Of a stretch of 64,000 nucleotides of DNA, positions 53,213-64,000 are shown in pieces. The notes under the pieces are model-generated. The model did no database searches and was not told the origin of the DNA. It worked only from the letters and a program-made list of their open reading frames with translations. Source of the DNA: Vitrella brassicaformis CCMP3155 (taxonomy: Eukaryota > Protista > Chromerida); NCBI GenBank assembly GCA_001179505.1, contig CDMY01000947.1, forward strand, positions 1-64,000, in the 5' to 3' direction. Positions within the stretch are counted from its first letter, which is position 1. Every line of letters starts with the position of its first letter. The position numbers and the translations under genes are program-made.

Positions 53213-56200
53213 ATGATATTGCATCAGGACGCCTCCAGCACACACGAGTATCTCACCGACTTCTCGTCGAACAAGCCATCCCCAAGGCGCGACTCCCCGG
53301 TGTCTCCAAAGTCGACCGCCCTGCGTCACACAGCGAGAGGCGAGTTGTTCGACGTCAACAGCTTCATGAGGCGCGAGATGTTCTCGTTGGACCAGGAGGC
53401 ACCAACAGCAGCGGAGTCTCGGCCACCGACACCCGCATTGCCCGCCACAAGGGTCAAGAAGGAATTGGAGGCCGCCATACGACGTGCACGCCACCTGCTG
53501 GCTACCATCGACAAGGGCGATGCATCAGCACTCGACGAGAGCGACAGAGAGGAGACCGTCGAGGCTCTCTTCGGGCGTGATGAGGATTTCCAGCCCATTC
53601 GCAAGGCGGTGCGTGACCTGACGAGCGAGCGGCCACGTGTACAGGAGTGGAGGAAGAGTGGCGGCCAGCGGAGTGGTGTCATTGATGCGGTGGCCAAGAA
53701 GGCGAAGCGGCTGGAGAGGGAAGTGTTCATGAAGAAGCCGCCATCACAGCCGTCTGCTGCAAAAAGAGACGCTGGCTTGAGGCGGCGGACGAGCAAGAGG
53801 CCGTTCTCTTCGTCTTCTGAAGAGGAAAAGGAGAAGAGGCGGATTGTCCATCGGCCATCTGTCGTACCTCGTCCTACTGCCAGGGAGAGGAGGAGAGAGC
53901 GCAGCGTGTCTTCCTTCTCTGTCAGCGAGTTCAGTGAGAAGAAGGCCGCTTCCTTCGCCCCCCTGGACACTTTCCAACGGCTCTCTGTCCGCATGTCGGC
54001 CACCAACACATCGGACAACCCCTTCCTGCAGGCGGCTATGCGGCTGCGGTACGGTAATCCCTCTTCAAAGGTGGACAACAAGAGTGCCGCTAGACAGGCC
54101 GACAAAGCCATGTGGTCGACATGGACGCGAGACGACCTTGTGAGCGCACTGAACAAGGGGAAAGAGATGATCTTGAACCCTCCTCGTGTGGATGTGCGTC
54201 GGGGTGATGCCGGTGCTGGCGGGCAAGACATCGCCACATTGGAGACGAGGAGCACGATGCAGTCTGGCGGTGATCGGATACCCACAGCCACCGAGGCGGC
54301 CGTGCCAGAGAACCCGTTCGCATCGGATGACGAGCGGGACAAAGACCCCTTTGCCTCCGACGATGAGAGAATGGTGCTCGAGACACAACACACTGAAGCT
54401 GCTGCTGGTGGTGGTGGTGGGTATGGGCCTCGGCCGCCGTCGACAAAGCCCAAGCAGCTTCCCGCAGCAACCGAGTCGACGAGAGGATCGTTTGCACGGC
54501 TATTACATAGAGCGCAAGAGACATCCAACGAGCCACTGACGCCACACTTCCCCGATGACGATACACTGGCGGAGCCTCTACTACGGATGGTGGAGCGATG
54601 CCCATCAGCAGCCGTTCCACCATACCCAGCACCCGCCCTGCTCCCGCATGCCACGCCGTCCGTCACGGCGTACCTGTCTCGGGAATCGCACGAAACTATG
54701 GCTGTTGCGGAGATAGAGACATACGACCGCATGGAGGAGAGCGTGCCCCTGACGAGACATGTGCTATCACAGCCCCTCCACTTCTCGCCGCCCAGACCCA
54801 CCCCATCGAACAAGGAGGACGAGAAGCAGACTGGCCGATTTGCGAGAGGGGACACGACAACGACGACGGCCACGACTATATGCACAAGTGAGGCGGCCGA
54901 GTCGTCCGCAGAAGCAGCCAGGGGCAGTAAAGGTAGCCGACAAGGGAGACCAAGGCTTTGCTTATGTGCTGGTGTCGATGATAGTGCGGCCTCTGCTGCC
55001 ACAACATTCTATTCTCCTTCCCTTGCCAAACGCATCACCGGCGAGATAAGTAAAAGAGACGAAGAGCGGGACACTACCACGAACAGTGGGCCACTATTGT
55101 GTCCCACTGCAATGATCTTCAGCGCGAGCATGCTTCGGGAAGATGTGTTGAAGATCATTCCTGGCCACAGGCAGCCGTCATACACGGCAGCAGCGCCGCT
55201 TGATGCAAGGCTGGTCTTTGCCCCGTCAGCAGTAGCATTTAAGAGCTTCCGTCTCGAGGACTTCTCCATTATCACTGATCCACCGTCAGCTGCTGTTGCA
55301 ATGGCCTGTCCCACGATACGCTCCCTCCACGTGAGAGCCACACCACCGGGCGTGGTGCCTCTTTCCAGCCCGCTCTCACTCACGATGGACTTTATTGACC
55401 TGCGAGCGTTCGCTTATGGAGGTCTCCTGCGATACCTGGGGACACTGGTGGGCATGTGTGGCGTGCCCTTCGTGCAGCGGCTGCACTCGATTTGGCTGCT
55501 CGATGACGGCTGTCTCGCCATAGCGGCAGAGCACCATCCCATTGGGAGTGTGGGGGACGCCATGGCAAGGAGGGAGGGGCCATTCCCTGTGGATGTGGTG
55601 CGGCTGTGGATGGCTGAGGTGCTGGTTATGATGTGTTATGTGCATGAGAGGGACATTGGCTGCGGGTATCTGTGCCCTGAGTATCTGTTGCTGGACGATA
55701 GTGGACACATTGCGCTCGCATGCGTCCCACCCAAACAGTACGACACTGACACACAAACAACCGCTACATGAGACACACACGTGTTGGTGTGCATCTGTCT
55801 GTGTATCTCAGATTCAGCAAGTACTGTGAGCCAGGTTCATTCATCCCTGAGCGCTACCTACCCCCTGAAGCCTTTGGCCACGACGCAGCAGCAACGGCTG
55901 ACGAGAAAGGAGACATCTGGTCGCTCGGCGTACTGTTGTGGGAGCTTCTCTCTGGATATCCTCTGTTCGATGGCTCCTTAGCGACCATCCGGCAATGTGT
56001 CCTTGATGCGTCACGTGCTCCAGAGCGTATCCCCGTATTGCCCCATATCCCCCTGTCAGCCCAGCATTTCGTGTATTGCTGCATGGTGAGTGATCTGAAG
56101 AGACGGCCGTCGTGTGAGGTGCTGTTGATGCATGAATTCTTGTGCGACGTCGACGTTAAGGCAGTGGTTGAGAGAACGGAGGGACATCCGATAGACATAG

Positions 56201-56226
56201 CCCCGCTCGGGCTCGTGGTGCACTAG
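53213..56226 (+). CDS. Large protein with C-terminal AGC-like pseudokinase domain
   Basis: A 2.5-kb exon, an intron (about 55739-55810) and a last exon. C-lobe motifs are retained (VVRLWMAEV, LLLDDSGHI, RYLPPE, DIWSLGVLLWELLSGYPLF, RRPS). HRD reads GCG, DFG reads ACV and no Gly-loop is seen. The frame is open from 53027, and an extra 5' exon from 52839 is possible. Confidence 0.75.
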
Positions 56227-56322
56227 CAGTTGATTGACGTGTGCTGCGATTGAACGCTGACTCGGAAGAAGACACTCACTGTCCTCTGTACTAGTATGTC
56301 TCAAATGTGTGGCCATTCCAAA

Positions 56323-56682
56323 TCATCTTCTGGACGCCGCAAAGTTGACTACGCCGCTGCGGGGCTTGGAGGTCCGTCGGTTCTCCGTCCTGAAGGCGCC
56401 CACAGTCTTGTCATATCGCCGAATGCAGTCCTCCTTGATCGGATAGCTCGTGCGCTGGATGCAGTTGTTGGTGTAGACAAGCGTGGCCCGGGAGGCCTTG
56501 CCCAGGGCCTGATGACACACACAACAGGGCAATGAGGACCGCTGTCCCTTCGGGTATGCTGCATGAGATTCTGTGGGAGGAGAGTGGATACTCACGGCGA
56601 TTCCTCCGATGACGCCAGCGAATGCGTCTGCAATGTGTCCCCACACCGTCTTGGTCTGCGCCCCACGCTGCTGAGCTGACAT
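56323..56682 (-). CDS. Small (~90 aa) hypothetical protein, 2 exons
   Basis: MSAQQRGAQTKTVWGHIADAFAGVIGGIA|ALGKASRATLVYTNNCIQRTSYPIKEDC..., with a canonical GTGAG...CAG intron at 56595-56509 in phase 0. The frame is also open further upstream. Confidence 0.5.
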   Translation of the reverse strand: MSAQQRGAQTKTVWGHIADAFAGVIGGIAVSIHSPPTESHAAYPKGQRSSLPCCVCHQALGKASRATLVYTNNCIQRTSYPIKEDCIRRYDKTVGAFRTENRRTSKPRSGVVNFAASRR

Positions 56683-57068
56683 CGCGGAGCTGTTTGGGGA
56701 AAGGGATTGAAGGGCGAGGAGATTTGGGGCTCTCGGGGCCAGACGTTTGTGGCTTCCGCCAGCGCGGCACTGCACTCCCACGCACTGCACATTTGGAGGC
56801 AGAGCTGGCCCACAGGGAGCTGGAAACACTCCCGCCGCAAAAAGGTGCGATCTTCCCGCCTGGCCCAGAGATCCGTTTACCGGTGAATCGATGAGTTGCA
56901 GCAGGATGTCAACCTTGCTCAAATCTACGCACGGAGGAGGGTGCAGCGGACCGGCTCTCAGGAGGTTAGCACCGCCACAGCCACTCCATGGTGCCCGAGC
57001 GGCTTCGCAGCTCTAGTTGGAGCCGCGTCTATCAGTGCAGCGACCGTTCGGGTTGTCAAGGAACGTAG

Positions 57069-58419
57069 ATGAATGAGGAGGACTCGGACTACTGGAACAC
57101 GCACCAAATTCTCTGGCAGAAAGAGGTACACACATCAGATTGAGATTATGATGCACATCCATCCATCCACCCTGCCTGCATTCATAGCTGCATCCCTGTT
57201 GTCCGTCTGACATCCAGCGTATGCCATTATTCCCGTTGGAGGACATCCCGGGGCTGGGATGGATGGACGTCGCAAGCGCAAAAGCAGACAGTGTGGTACG
57301 CTACGCTGCCGAGGGAGGGGAGAGAGCAAAGGCGGTGCACCATGTGCCATGCCGCTCATGCGCTGCGTTGTTGTTGCTGGTGTTGTCATTCATCAGTTAC
57401 GGGAGGAGACCCGTGTGGTTGTGCCTCAGTACCAGGCGCTTCGGCTGGCGTGTGAGCTGAGCGATTTGTTTGAGCTGGACGACATCTACGCCTTCTGCCC
57501 GGAGCACATCCGGAAGAAGCTCGAGATCGACGCCATGAGCGTCCGACTCGCAGATGTCAACCCCCACTTCTTCCTCACTGTACTCGGCATACTCGCGCTG
57601 TAAGCGATGGATGGATGGATGCATTCAACATACACGAAATGGGGCATGTGTGTGGATGGATGGATGGATGGATGGGATGGATGGACATATATCAGGAAGG
57701 ATCAGGAGGAGCTGGATGACCACGACATAGCGGTCAAGCAGACGGTCAGGGAGGCCCTCACCAAGAGGCTACAGACCATCTCCAGGCGGGCGCTCTCCAC
57801 CGGCGAGGCCACCGTGGTCAGCTCTCCCACCCACCCACACACACGTATTCCATATATCTGTCATCCTTGTGTCGCCTGCCTGGCCTGATGCAACCCGCTC
57901 AGTCCTACTCGCGTGCTGGGGGCCGCGGGCGTCGTGCCGGGGCTGCGCCGAGGGGCAACCAGGGGGACGAGCGTGATGTGCTGTCGGCCGCGTACCATGA
58001 CGCCACCAACCTACTGCCCAAACTCACCGACACCGAACATGCACGTACGCTCGATGACTACCTCACGGACGCACTGATTTATTCAGGCACATGCGGCACC
58101 CATCCATCCATGCCATTGCGGCTCTCGTGCTCTGTGCTGTGTGTGTGTGTGTGTGTGTGCAGTGTATCAGTGGGGGAATTCGGAGATGCGGGCCTTCAGG
58201 GAGTGGAGGGAGACGTAAGAAGCGAGACGTACACACACACACACGAGAGAAACGGGCAGATGGATGTCGTGTCGTATCATGTCGTGTGTCGCACGCAGGT
58301 TGGGTACGACTGTAGGTGTGAGGGCACATCCGTTGGTGGCGCAGGCGGCCGAGGAGCGCCGCATGCGTGCCGCCAGGGAGCAGCGAAGGAGAGGCGTCAA
58401 GCGGCAGCGACCTCTCTAA
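57069..58419 (+). CDS. PSF3: DNA replication GINS complex subunit Psf3, multi-exon
   Basis: Exons encode MNEEDSDYWNTHQILWQKE, EDIPGLGWMD, SVRLADVNPHFF, REALTKRLQTISRRA and LPKLTDTEHALYQWGNSEMRAFREW, following the Psf3 motif order. Confidence 0.8.
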
Positions 58420-59094
58420 GACGGACACAGACACAGACAGGCCGCGGATGTGTCATGTTCTGTGATATATCATATCCTATCATAATTGGTGTCCCTGCGT
58501 CCAATCCGATGCATGCGAGGCACTCTCTCTATGGCTGGATGGCTGGCTGGGCGTGCATGTGCATGTGTGGGTGTGTGTACATATGCAATTGGTTGGTGGC
58601 TGGTTGACCTGTCTGTCGCATGGATACTGCTGCAGGTGTTGTTGAGTATATTGCCTGTTGAGTGACTGCCTTGTGGTGACCACGCAAGTGGATGCATGGG
58701 TCGTTCCAAATAAAGAATGGCCATGATCCATCAGTGTCTGTGCGTGTTATCCATCCATCCATCCATCGATGTGTCGTCGGACTGGTATCAGTCATGGCAG
58801 GTCACCGGCATACCACAGCGCTCCTTCAGATCCACCACACTGGGAGTCACCGGTGCGGATAGGATCTAAGGCAGCCCCGTGTCATGTTGATGAACTGGCA
58901 CGAGTTCACCCAGTCCAGCCACACGGCAGAGCTTCTTGACAAGCACACCACGAGCGACCACACGAAAAATGCCCCCGTGTCATGCCATGCCATGCCCCAC
59001 ACATCAGAGCATCCATCCCCGCTCTAAGAAACTCCCAGCAGCATCAACGAAACCACCCCAACCAACCCCACACAGCACACCACCCGCACACATG

Positions 59095-61543
59095 CTATGT
59101 CTTCTTGGCGCCGGCAATGAGGGAGTCAAGGCCGAAAGGATCGGAAGTGTCCTGCACACCACACCACACCATACCATACACAACGGGAAAGAGGCAACAT
59201 GATGGCAATGTGTGTGTGGTGGGGTGTGCGGTGCAGATGGTTGTGCGTCGGCTGACCTTTTCGAACTCGACAGGATTGGTCCGCGCGCCCTTGTCGCGGT
59301 CCTCCTCCGCGCCTGCAAACGCACGGCCCATCTGGCTGCTGCACACACAACACAAGACACATGACACACACAGAGAGAGACCCATTTGTGCTTTGTGGCT
59401 GCATGTTGACCGTGAGTCCTGCCTGCACTGACTGACCTGGTTCCGACGGACTGCTCCATGCGTTCCTTCTGGTGTTTGTAGATGCCCGCCTGAGAGCGGT
59501 CGGCGAACAGCGGCTTGTCATAGACGTCGTACCGCTCGTCGTCGCCAGCATTGAAGCCCTGCTCACACCACACACAGACACAGACACAGAGGGGGGCGGC
59601 GCCACATTGTCGTGTCGCTCGGTGTGTGTGTGTTGTGTTGTGAGGGCTCACCGAGTCCATGCCGACGTTCTGGTTGAACAGGCGGGCGTCGTACATGGTC
59701 TCCTGGGAGGTGGGCTGGGCCTGGCCCAGTGCGATTCGCTCCGACACATCACGGTCGGCATCGCGGTCACGCTTGTGCTTCTTGCCAGCCATCTGACACA
59801 CACACACAGGGTCAGCCATCAGTAGCCCCTCCGTGTCTGTCTGTCTGTGTGTGTTCATCTGAGTTACCTCGAGCCTGAAGTCCCTCTCCACCTCCCTCTT
59901 GCGATTTCTCTCGATCTCCTGCCGATGCCGCCGGCCCTCGGCGTCCTCAGCGGACTCGCCCTCACCAGCCACCGCCAAGTTGGAACTGATAGATGCATCA
60001 TATCATGGACCAACCATACAATACAATAAACGACGCACACAAATGGTGTTTCTCTGTTGGGCGCTGGTGCATGCATTTGTTGGCTGTCTTTTGGTGCACG
60101 TCACGTACCGCTCAGCGCGTGCCTTGGCGGCGAGGCTCCTGAGCTGCTGCTCGCGCATCTCCTCCTCCTGGGCCTTCTGGCGCTTACGCAACTCATTCCT
60201 GACAGACAGAGAGAGAGGGAAGACATCACATACTTACTTGCGCAAACCCACCCAGTAGCCAGCCACCCGTGTGTGTCATTCATGTGTGGGTAGAGGGTAG
60301 GTACCTGAGTTTGATTTCCTCTCGCGCCTTCCGCTCGGCGATGTAGAGATCCTCAGAGAGGGCCGCAAACTTGTCGTTGATCGTCGACTGGTGCAACCAA
60401 CACAACACAACACAACACAAGACAGCACCACACCACCCACACAGAGGGGAGGCTCATTATAAGTGCGTGTGTGGCTGGCTGATCGATGCGATGCATCCAT
60501 CCATGCCATCCCATGCGTCCGTGCGTACGTACGTCTTGCAGGTGTCTGCCGTCTGCCTGCAGCCGTTTGTCCAGCGGGATGGTGTACCCCTTCTGGTTCT
60601 TCCAGTTGGACACCGCCGGCGGGATCTTCCACTCCTTCTGGTCCTGCTGGGTCAGCTTGCCTGCAAACATCACAAACACCACAGCACAGTGCCGTCCGTC
60701 ACGTGTGCATGGGTGTGTGTGTGTGGTGCACTGCAGGGCTGCGTAGCGTACGCGGTGGTGAGTGTTGGACGGGTGGCGGGGCTTCGGGCGGTCCTCTTGG
60801 CACCCGCTTGTGTTTGAACTTGGGCGGCTCGAGGGGGTCGAGCTGCTTCTCGACAACAGCCACCATCCGCTGCGCACACCCACTGTTGTGACCGGGCGCC
60901 TGCACAGCACAGCACAGCACAGCACAGAGAGAGGCAAGTATACAGAGAGATACATATTCACATGCAGCCAGCCAGCCAGCCAGCATGGTGAATAGTAGAC
61001 ATCTCCTCACCTGTTGGTTGGGAGTGTATTTGATGTATGTGGGGTCCTTGGCGTCCTGACGCTTCACTGCCCCAGCCTGTGACACGCACACACACACAGG
61101 GAGAGTGATCCACGCACTCTCGCGTGAATGAATGCATTAGCTTCCTGGCGGCTGGCTGGCGGGCTGGCTGGCTGGCTGGCTTACGGATAGCTTCTTCTCG
61201 AGGGTGGCCTCGAGTGCGGCTTTGGTGCGCTGTAGGTTGGCCTCGATGACGTCCTCATCAGGCTTCTGCATCTCCTCACTCTTGGAATACTTCTCCATCT
61301 GGTCACCCGGACGGCTGTCTGCACACACAACAACACACACAACACACACACATAGAAAGGAGAACCCGTGTGTCTGTCTGTGGACGTGTGTGTGCGTGTG
61401 TGTCTGTGTGTGTGTCTGTGTGTGTGTGTGTGTGTAGGGCACTTACATACGACCATCTGGTGGCTGCCCTGCTTGACGACCGCGTCCCACGCCACCTTGC
61501 CACTCTCGTCCGTCTGCAGCGGCACTGTCTTGGACACACCCTG

Positions 61544-61575
<32 letters not shown>

Positions 61576-61987
61576 ACACACACAACAAACAACCTCATGC
61601 CGCACCCTCAGCACACGAGACACATTCCTCCCTCCCTCTGCTCTGTCAGCTCACTGTGTTCTTGATGCCCATGCCCAGCGGGAACTGTGCCACGTGCACT
61701 TCGGGAAACGCCCCGCCATCGCCGTAGTCGCCCTGCGTGCGCGGCACCCACCCGTCCCTTCTGCCGTAAGGCGGCGGCCCTCTCGCCTTGCCAGTGGCCA
61801 CCACACGGCTCTCCTCAACTGCACTCGAGATCTTGAAAGCGCCCAGTGAGGCGTCGGTCTCCAGCTTACGGGCAGCTGGCAGGTTCCTGGAACACACACA
61901 CGCACGGGAAGGCATGTGTAAGGTGTGAGGATGTGTGGGAGGATGTGTGTGTGAGGCATCGCATCCGCACCTGACGAAGTCTGTCAT
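59095..61987 (-). CDS. SNW1: SNW domain splicing factor SKIP/Prp45, multi-exon
   Basis: Exons encode PPPYGRRDGWVPR...DYGDGGAFPEVHVAQFPLGMG, YIKYTP, DPLEPPKFKHKRVPRGPPEAPPPVQHSPPR, WKIPPAVSNWKNQKGYTIPLDKRL, RDVSERIALG and YDARLFNQ. Confidence 0.97.
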
Positions 61988-62077
61988 TGTGAGCTGAGGG
62001 AAAGACTTCACTCGGCCAGTGAGCTACGCAGAGCCAAACAAAAGGCCAAACGTGAAAACACGGAGGGAGAATTTTCA

Positions 62078-62102
62078 AGCTCGCCTTTTCGGCTTAGCTC
62101 GC
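62078..62102 (-). promoter_or_regulatory. Two GCGAGCTW motifs in the SNW1/nicalin divergent interval
   Basis: AAGCTCGC (core 62078-62084) and TAGCTCGC (core 62096-62102). Confidence 0.5.
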
Positions 62103-62191
62103 AGACGTGAGCGCCGGTCGTGAACCCCGCTGCTCCCGAGGGAGAGGGAAGAGCATACTGTTGGAGTTTGGCCAGCCAGCGATTGGCAGCG

Positions 62192-64000
62192 ATGGCGGCG
62201 CATTATTCCTCTCATTCCCATCCGACGTGCTTCCTGCTGCTGATGATTGTGTGCTCGTCATTCCAGTGGATGCTGGGACAGGTCTGGCTGGCTGCCGGCG
62301 CACACACAACAGCCTCAAAGCACGCCTGCCTGCACGGCTGCCTAGATCTGTGACCTCTATCTCTGATTGATCTGCTTGTGTGTTTGTGTGGCTGCTGCAG
62401 GCGGCCTTGGAGTTTCAGGCGTTTCGGTTGCTGCAGTACCAGGCGTCTGGCGAGATGTTTGGCAGCTGGAGATCGGCACTCAACGGAATGGCACATCGAA
62501 TAGGTCAGACACTCAAACAAACAGCCCAGGCAGGCGGCAGGCAGTCTCCTGTGTGCGACCTGCATTGGCCCTTGATCGATCTGTGTGTGTGTGTGTGTGT
62601 GTGTCCCCTACCCCTACACAACAGGTACTGGTAGGAGTATAAATGGTTCGTTAAGTCGTGAGTTGATGCGTAAGATCGTGGTGCTGCGGCTGGCGGAGCT
62701 GACTCACCAGTTCCTCGAGGAGTTCCTGGACCAGGTGCAGGCCAGCGGACTCGTCATCCTGCTGCCCCCGCCTGACCAGGAAAGCCAACCACCGCACCCT
62801 TGCCCCTCTACCTCCCTCACGCACACCCATCCATGTGTGTGTGGGCGGTTGTCAACCAGGTGACGGCCGAGCAGGTGATGGAGTTCAAGGTGATCGAGCA
62901 GTTCCTGGTGCGTCAGCAGATCCCCATGGCCGTCTACTTCGTGTACGAGACTCCGGAGCTGCTGGCGCTCTACGACGAGCTGCCGGCCAGTGAAGGCGGC
63001 GGGAGGGCCGCCGGACCTCAACACACCAATTGGCTCAAGGACCAGATACAGCTCGTGGTACGCATGGGATGGGTGGACCAACACACACGCAGAGCAGAGC
63101 AGAGCAGGGGTGGGTCGGTCCATTGCTTGCCCCTGTGTGTGTGTGTGTTTGTTTGTTTGTTTGTGTAGGCCAAGTTGGGCGAGGCGACGCCGATCAAGCC
63201 GCTGGAGGGGGAGAACCTCTATGTGAGCGGACAAAGCAGGGAACCAAACATCACTCACTCACCAGATTGCTGGATGGGTGGATAAATGCTGTCTGTGTCC
63301 CTCACACATGCAGGGTTTCCTTCACGGCCAGTCCAATGTGACCAGGTCGACATGGCAGACCAACCTCCCCACCATCGCCATCGTGGCCTCATACGACGCA
63401 TTCGGGGGCGCACCGGTGAGGAAACTGACACACCAACGAACCAATCCCTCACCATCACACGGCCACGGCCCCTTGTGTCATGTAGAGTCTTGCGATGGGT
63501 GCCGACGGCAACGGCAGCGGCCTGATCGCCGCCCTCGAGCTGGCTCGTCTGTTCCGGAAGCTGTACGACACGCTCAAGCAGGGCCCTTACAACCTGCTGT
63601 TCCTCCTGACCAGCGGCAGCGTGTCCAACTTCAGGGGGAGCGACTTCTGGCTGAGCAAGAGCGACGCCCGCACACTGGACTTGATCGAGATCGCCATATG
63701 CCTTGACAGCATTGGGGACGGGGAGGGGCTGAGGCTGCATGTGTCGAGGCAGCCCAAGGATGAGAAGGTCAAGAAATTCGTCGAGGTGAGATGGATGACA
63801 TATATCCAGGGGAGGGGGGAAGAATGAATTGATGTAAGGTTCTCTCTCTGTGTTGTGTACGGGTGTCGGTGTGTGAACATTCAGCGGATGAGGGCTGTGG
63901 CTGAGCGGATGAAGATCGACTTCGATCTCAAGACCAAAAAGATCAAGTACCCGGCAACAGCAACAGCGACACGTGCCTGTTCTGTCTGTGTGTGATCTGC
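62192..64000 (+). CDS. NCLN: Nicalin (inactive M28-peptidase fold, ER membrane), 5' part; continues beyond the window
   Basis: Signal peptide, then EFQAFRLLQYQ, RKIVVLRL, GLVILLP, IPMAVYF, LPTIAIVASYDAFGGAP, GADGNGSGLIAALELARLFRKLY, YNLLFLLT and AICLDSIG. Confidence 0.92.

Noticed and set aside
53326-55002. 558-aa minus-strand ORF (likewise 8651-9436, 16781-17671, 42638-43225)
   Set aside because: Antisense shadows of GC-rich real exons on the opposite strand, with Ser/Ala-rich composition and no independent motifs.

Overview
Intron-rich, GC-rich eukaryotic nuclear DNA. Short GT-AG introns are full of (CA/GT)n, (CAGA)n and (CATC)n microsatellites, so most long six-frame ORFs are artefacts and genes were rebuilt exon by exon by eye. 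The content points to a photosynthetic alveolate, most likely a chromerid such as Vitrella (inference): a CDPK, ApiAP2-like domains, an OST-HTH/OHA protein, a peroxiredoxin with an ASAF-type bipartite plastid leader, and BTB-TLDc genes. About 20 protein genes are supported: pepsin-family aspartic protease, DUF1992 protein, CHMP1, CDPK, a divergent kinase, a USP deubiquitinase, PPME1, Prx5, an orphan membrane protein, an IPT/TIG-fused KEA-type antiporter, a Tim44-like protein, an AP2-like/SAM-like protein, BTB-TLDc, OST-HTH/OHA, a pseudokinase, a 90-aa orphan, PSF3, SNW1 and nicalin (running off the end). Three observations stand out. (1) Almost every gene sits in a tight head-to-head pair, and a GCGAGCT(T/A) motif recurs in most of these intervals. 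(2) The 15.5-27.2 kb region is rearranged: a ~1.3 kb inverted duplication of the USP 3' end, a split BTB-TLDc pseudogene and partial tandem USP copies. (3) There are unusual domain fusions (IPT/TIG + CPA2 antiporter; three AP2-like + SAM-like domains). No rRNA, tRNA, CRISPR array or autonomous transposon was recognised. There is a 300-N assembly gap at 18303-18602.
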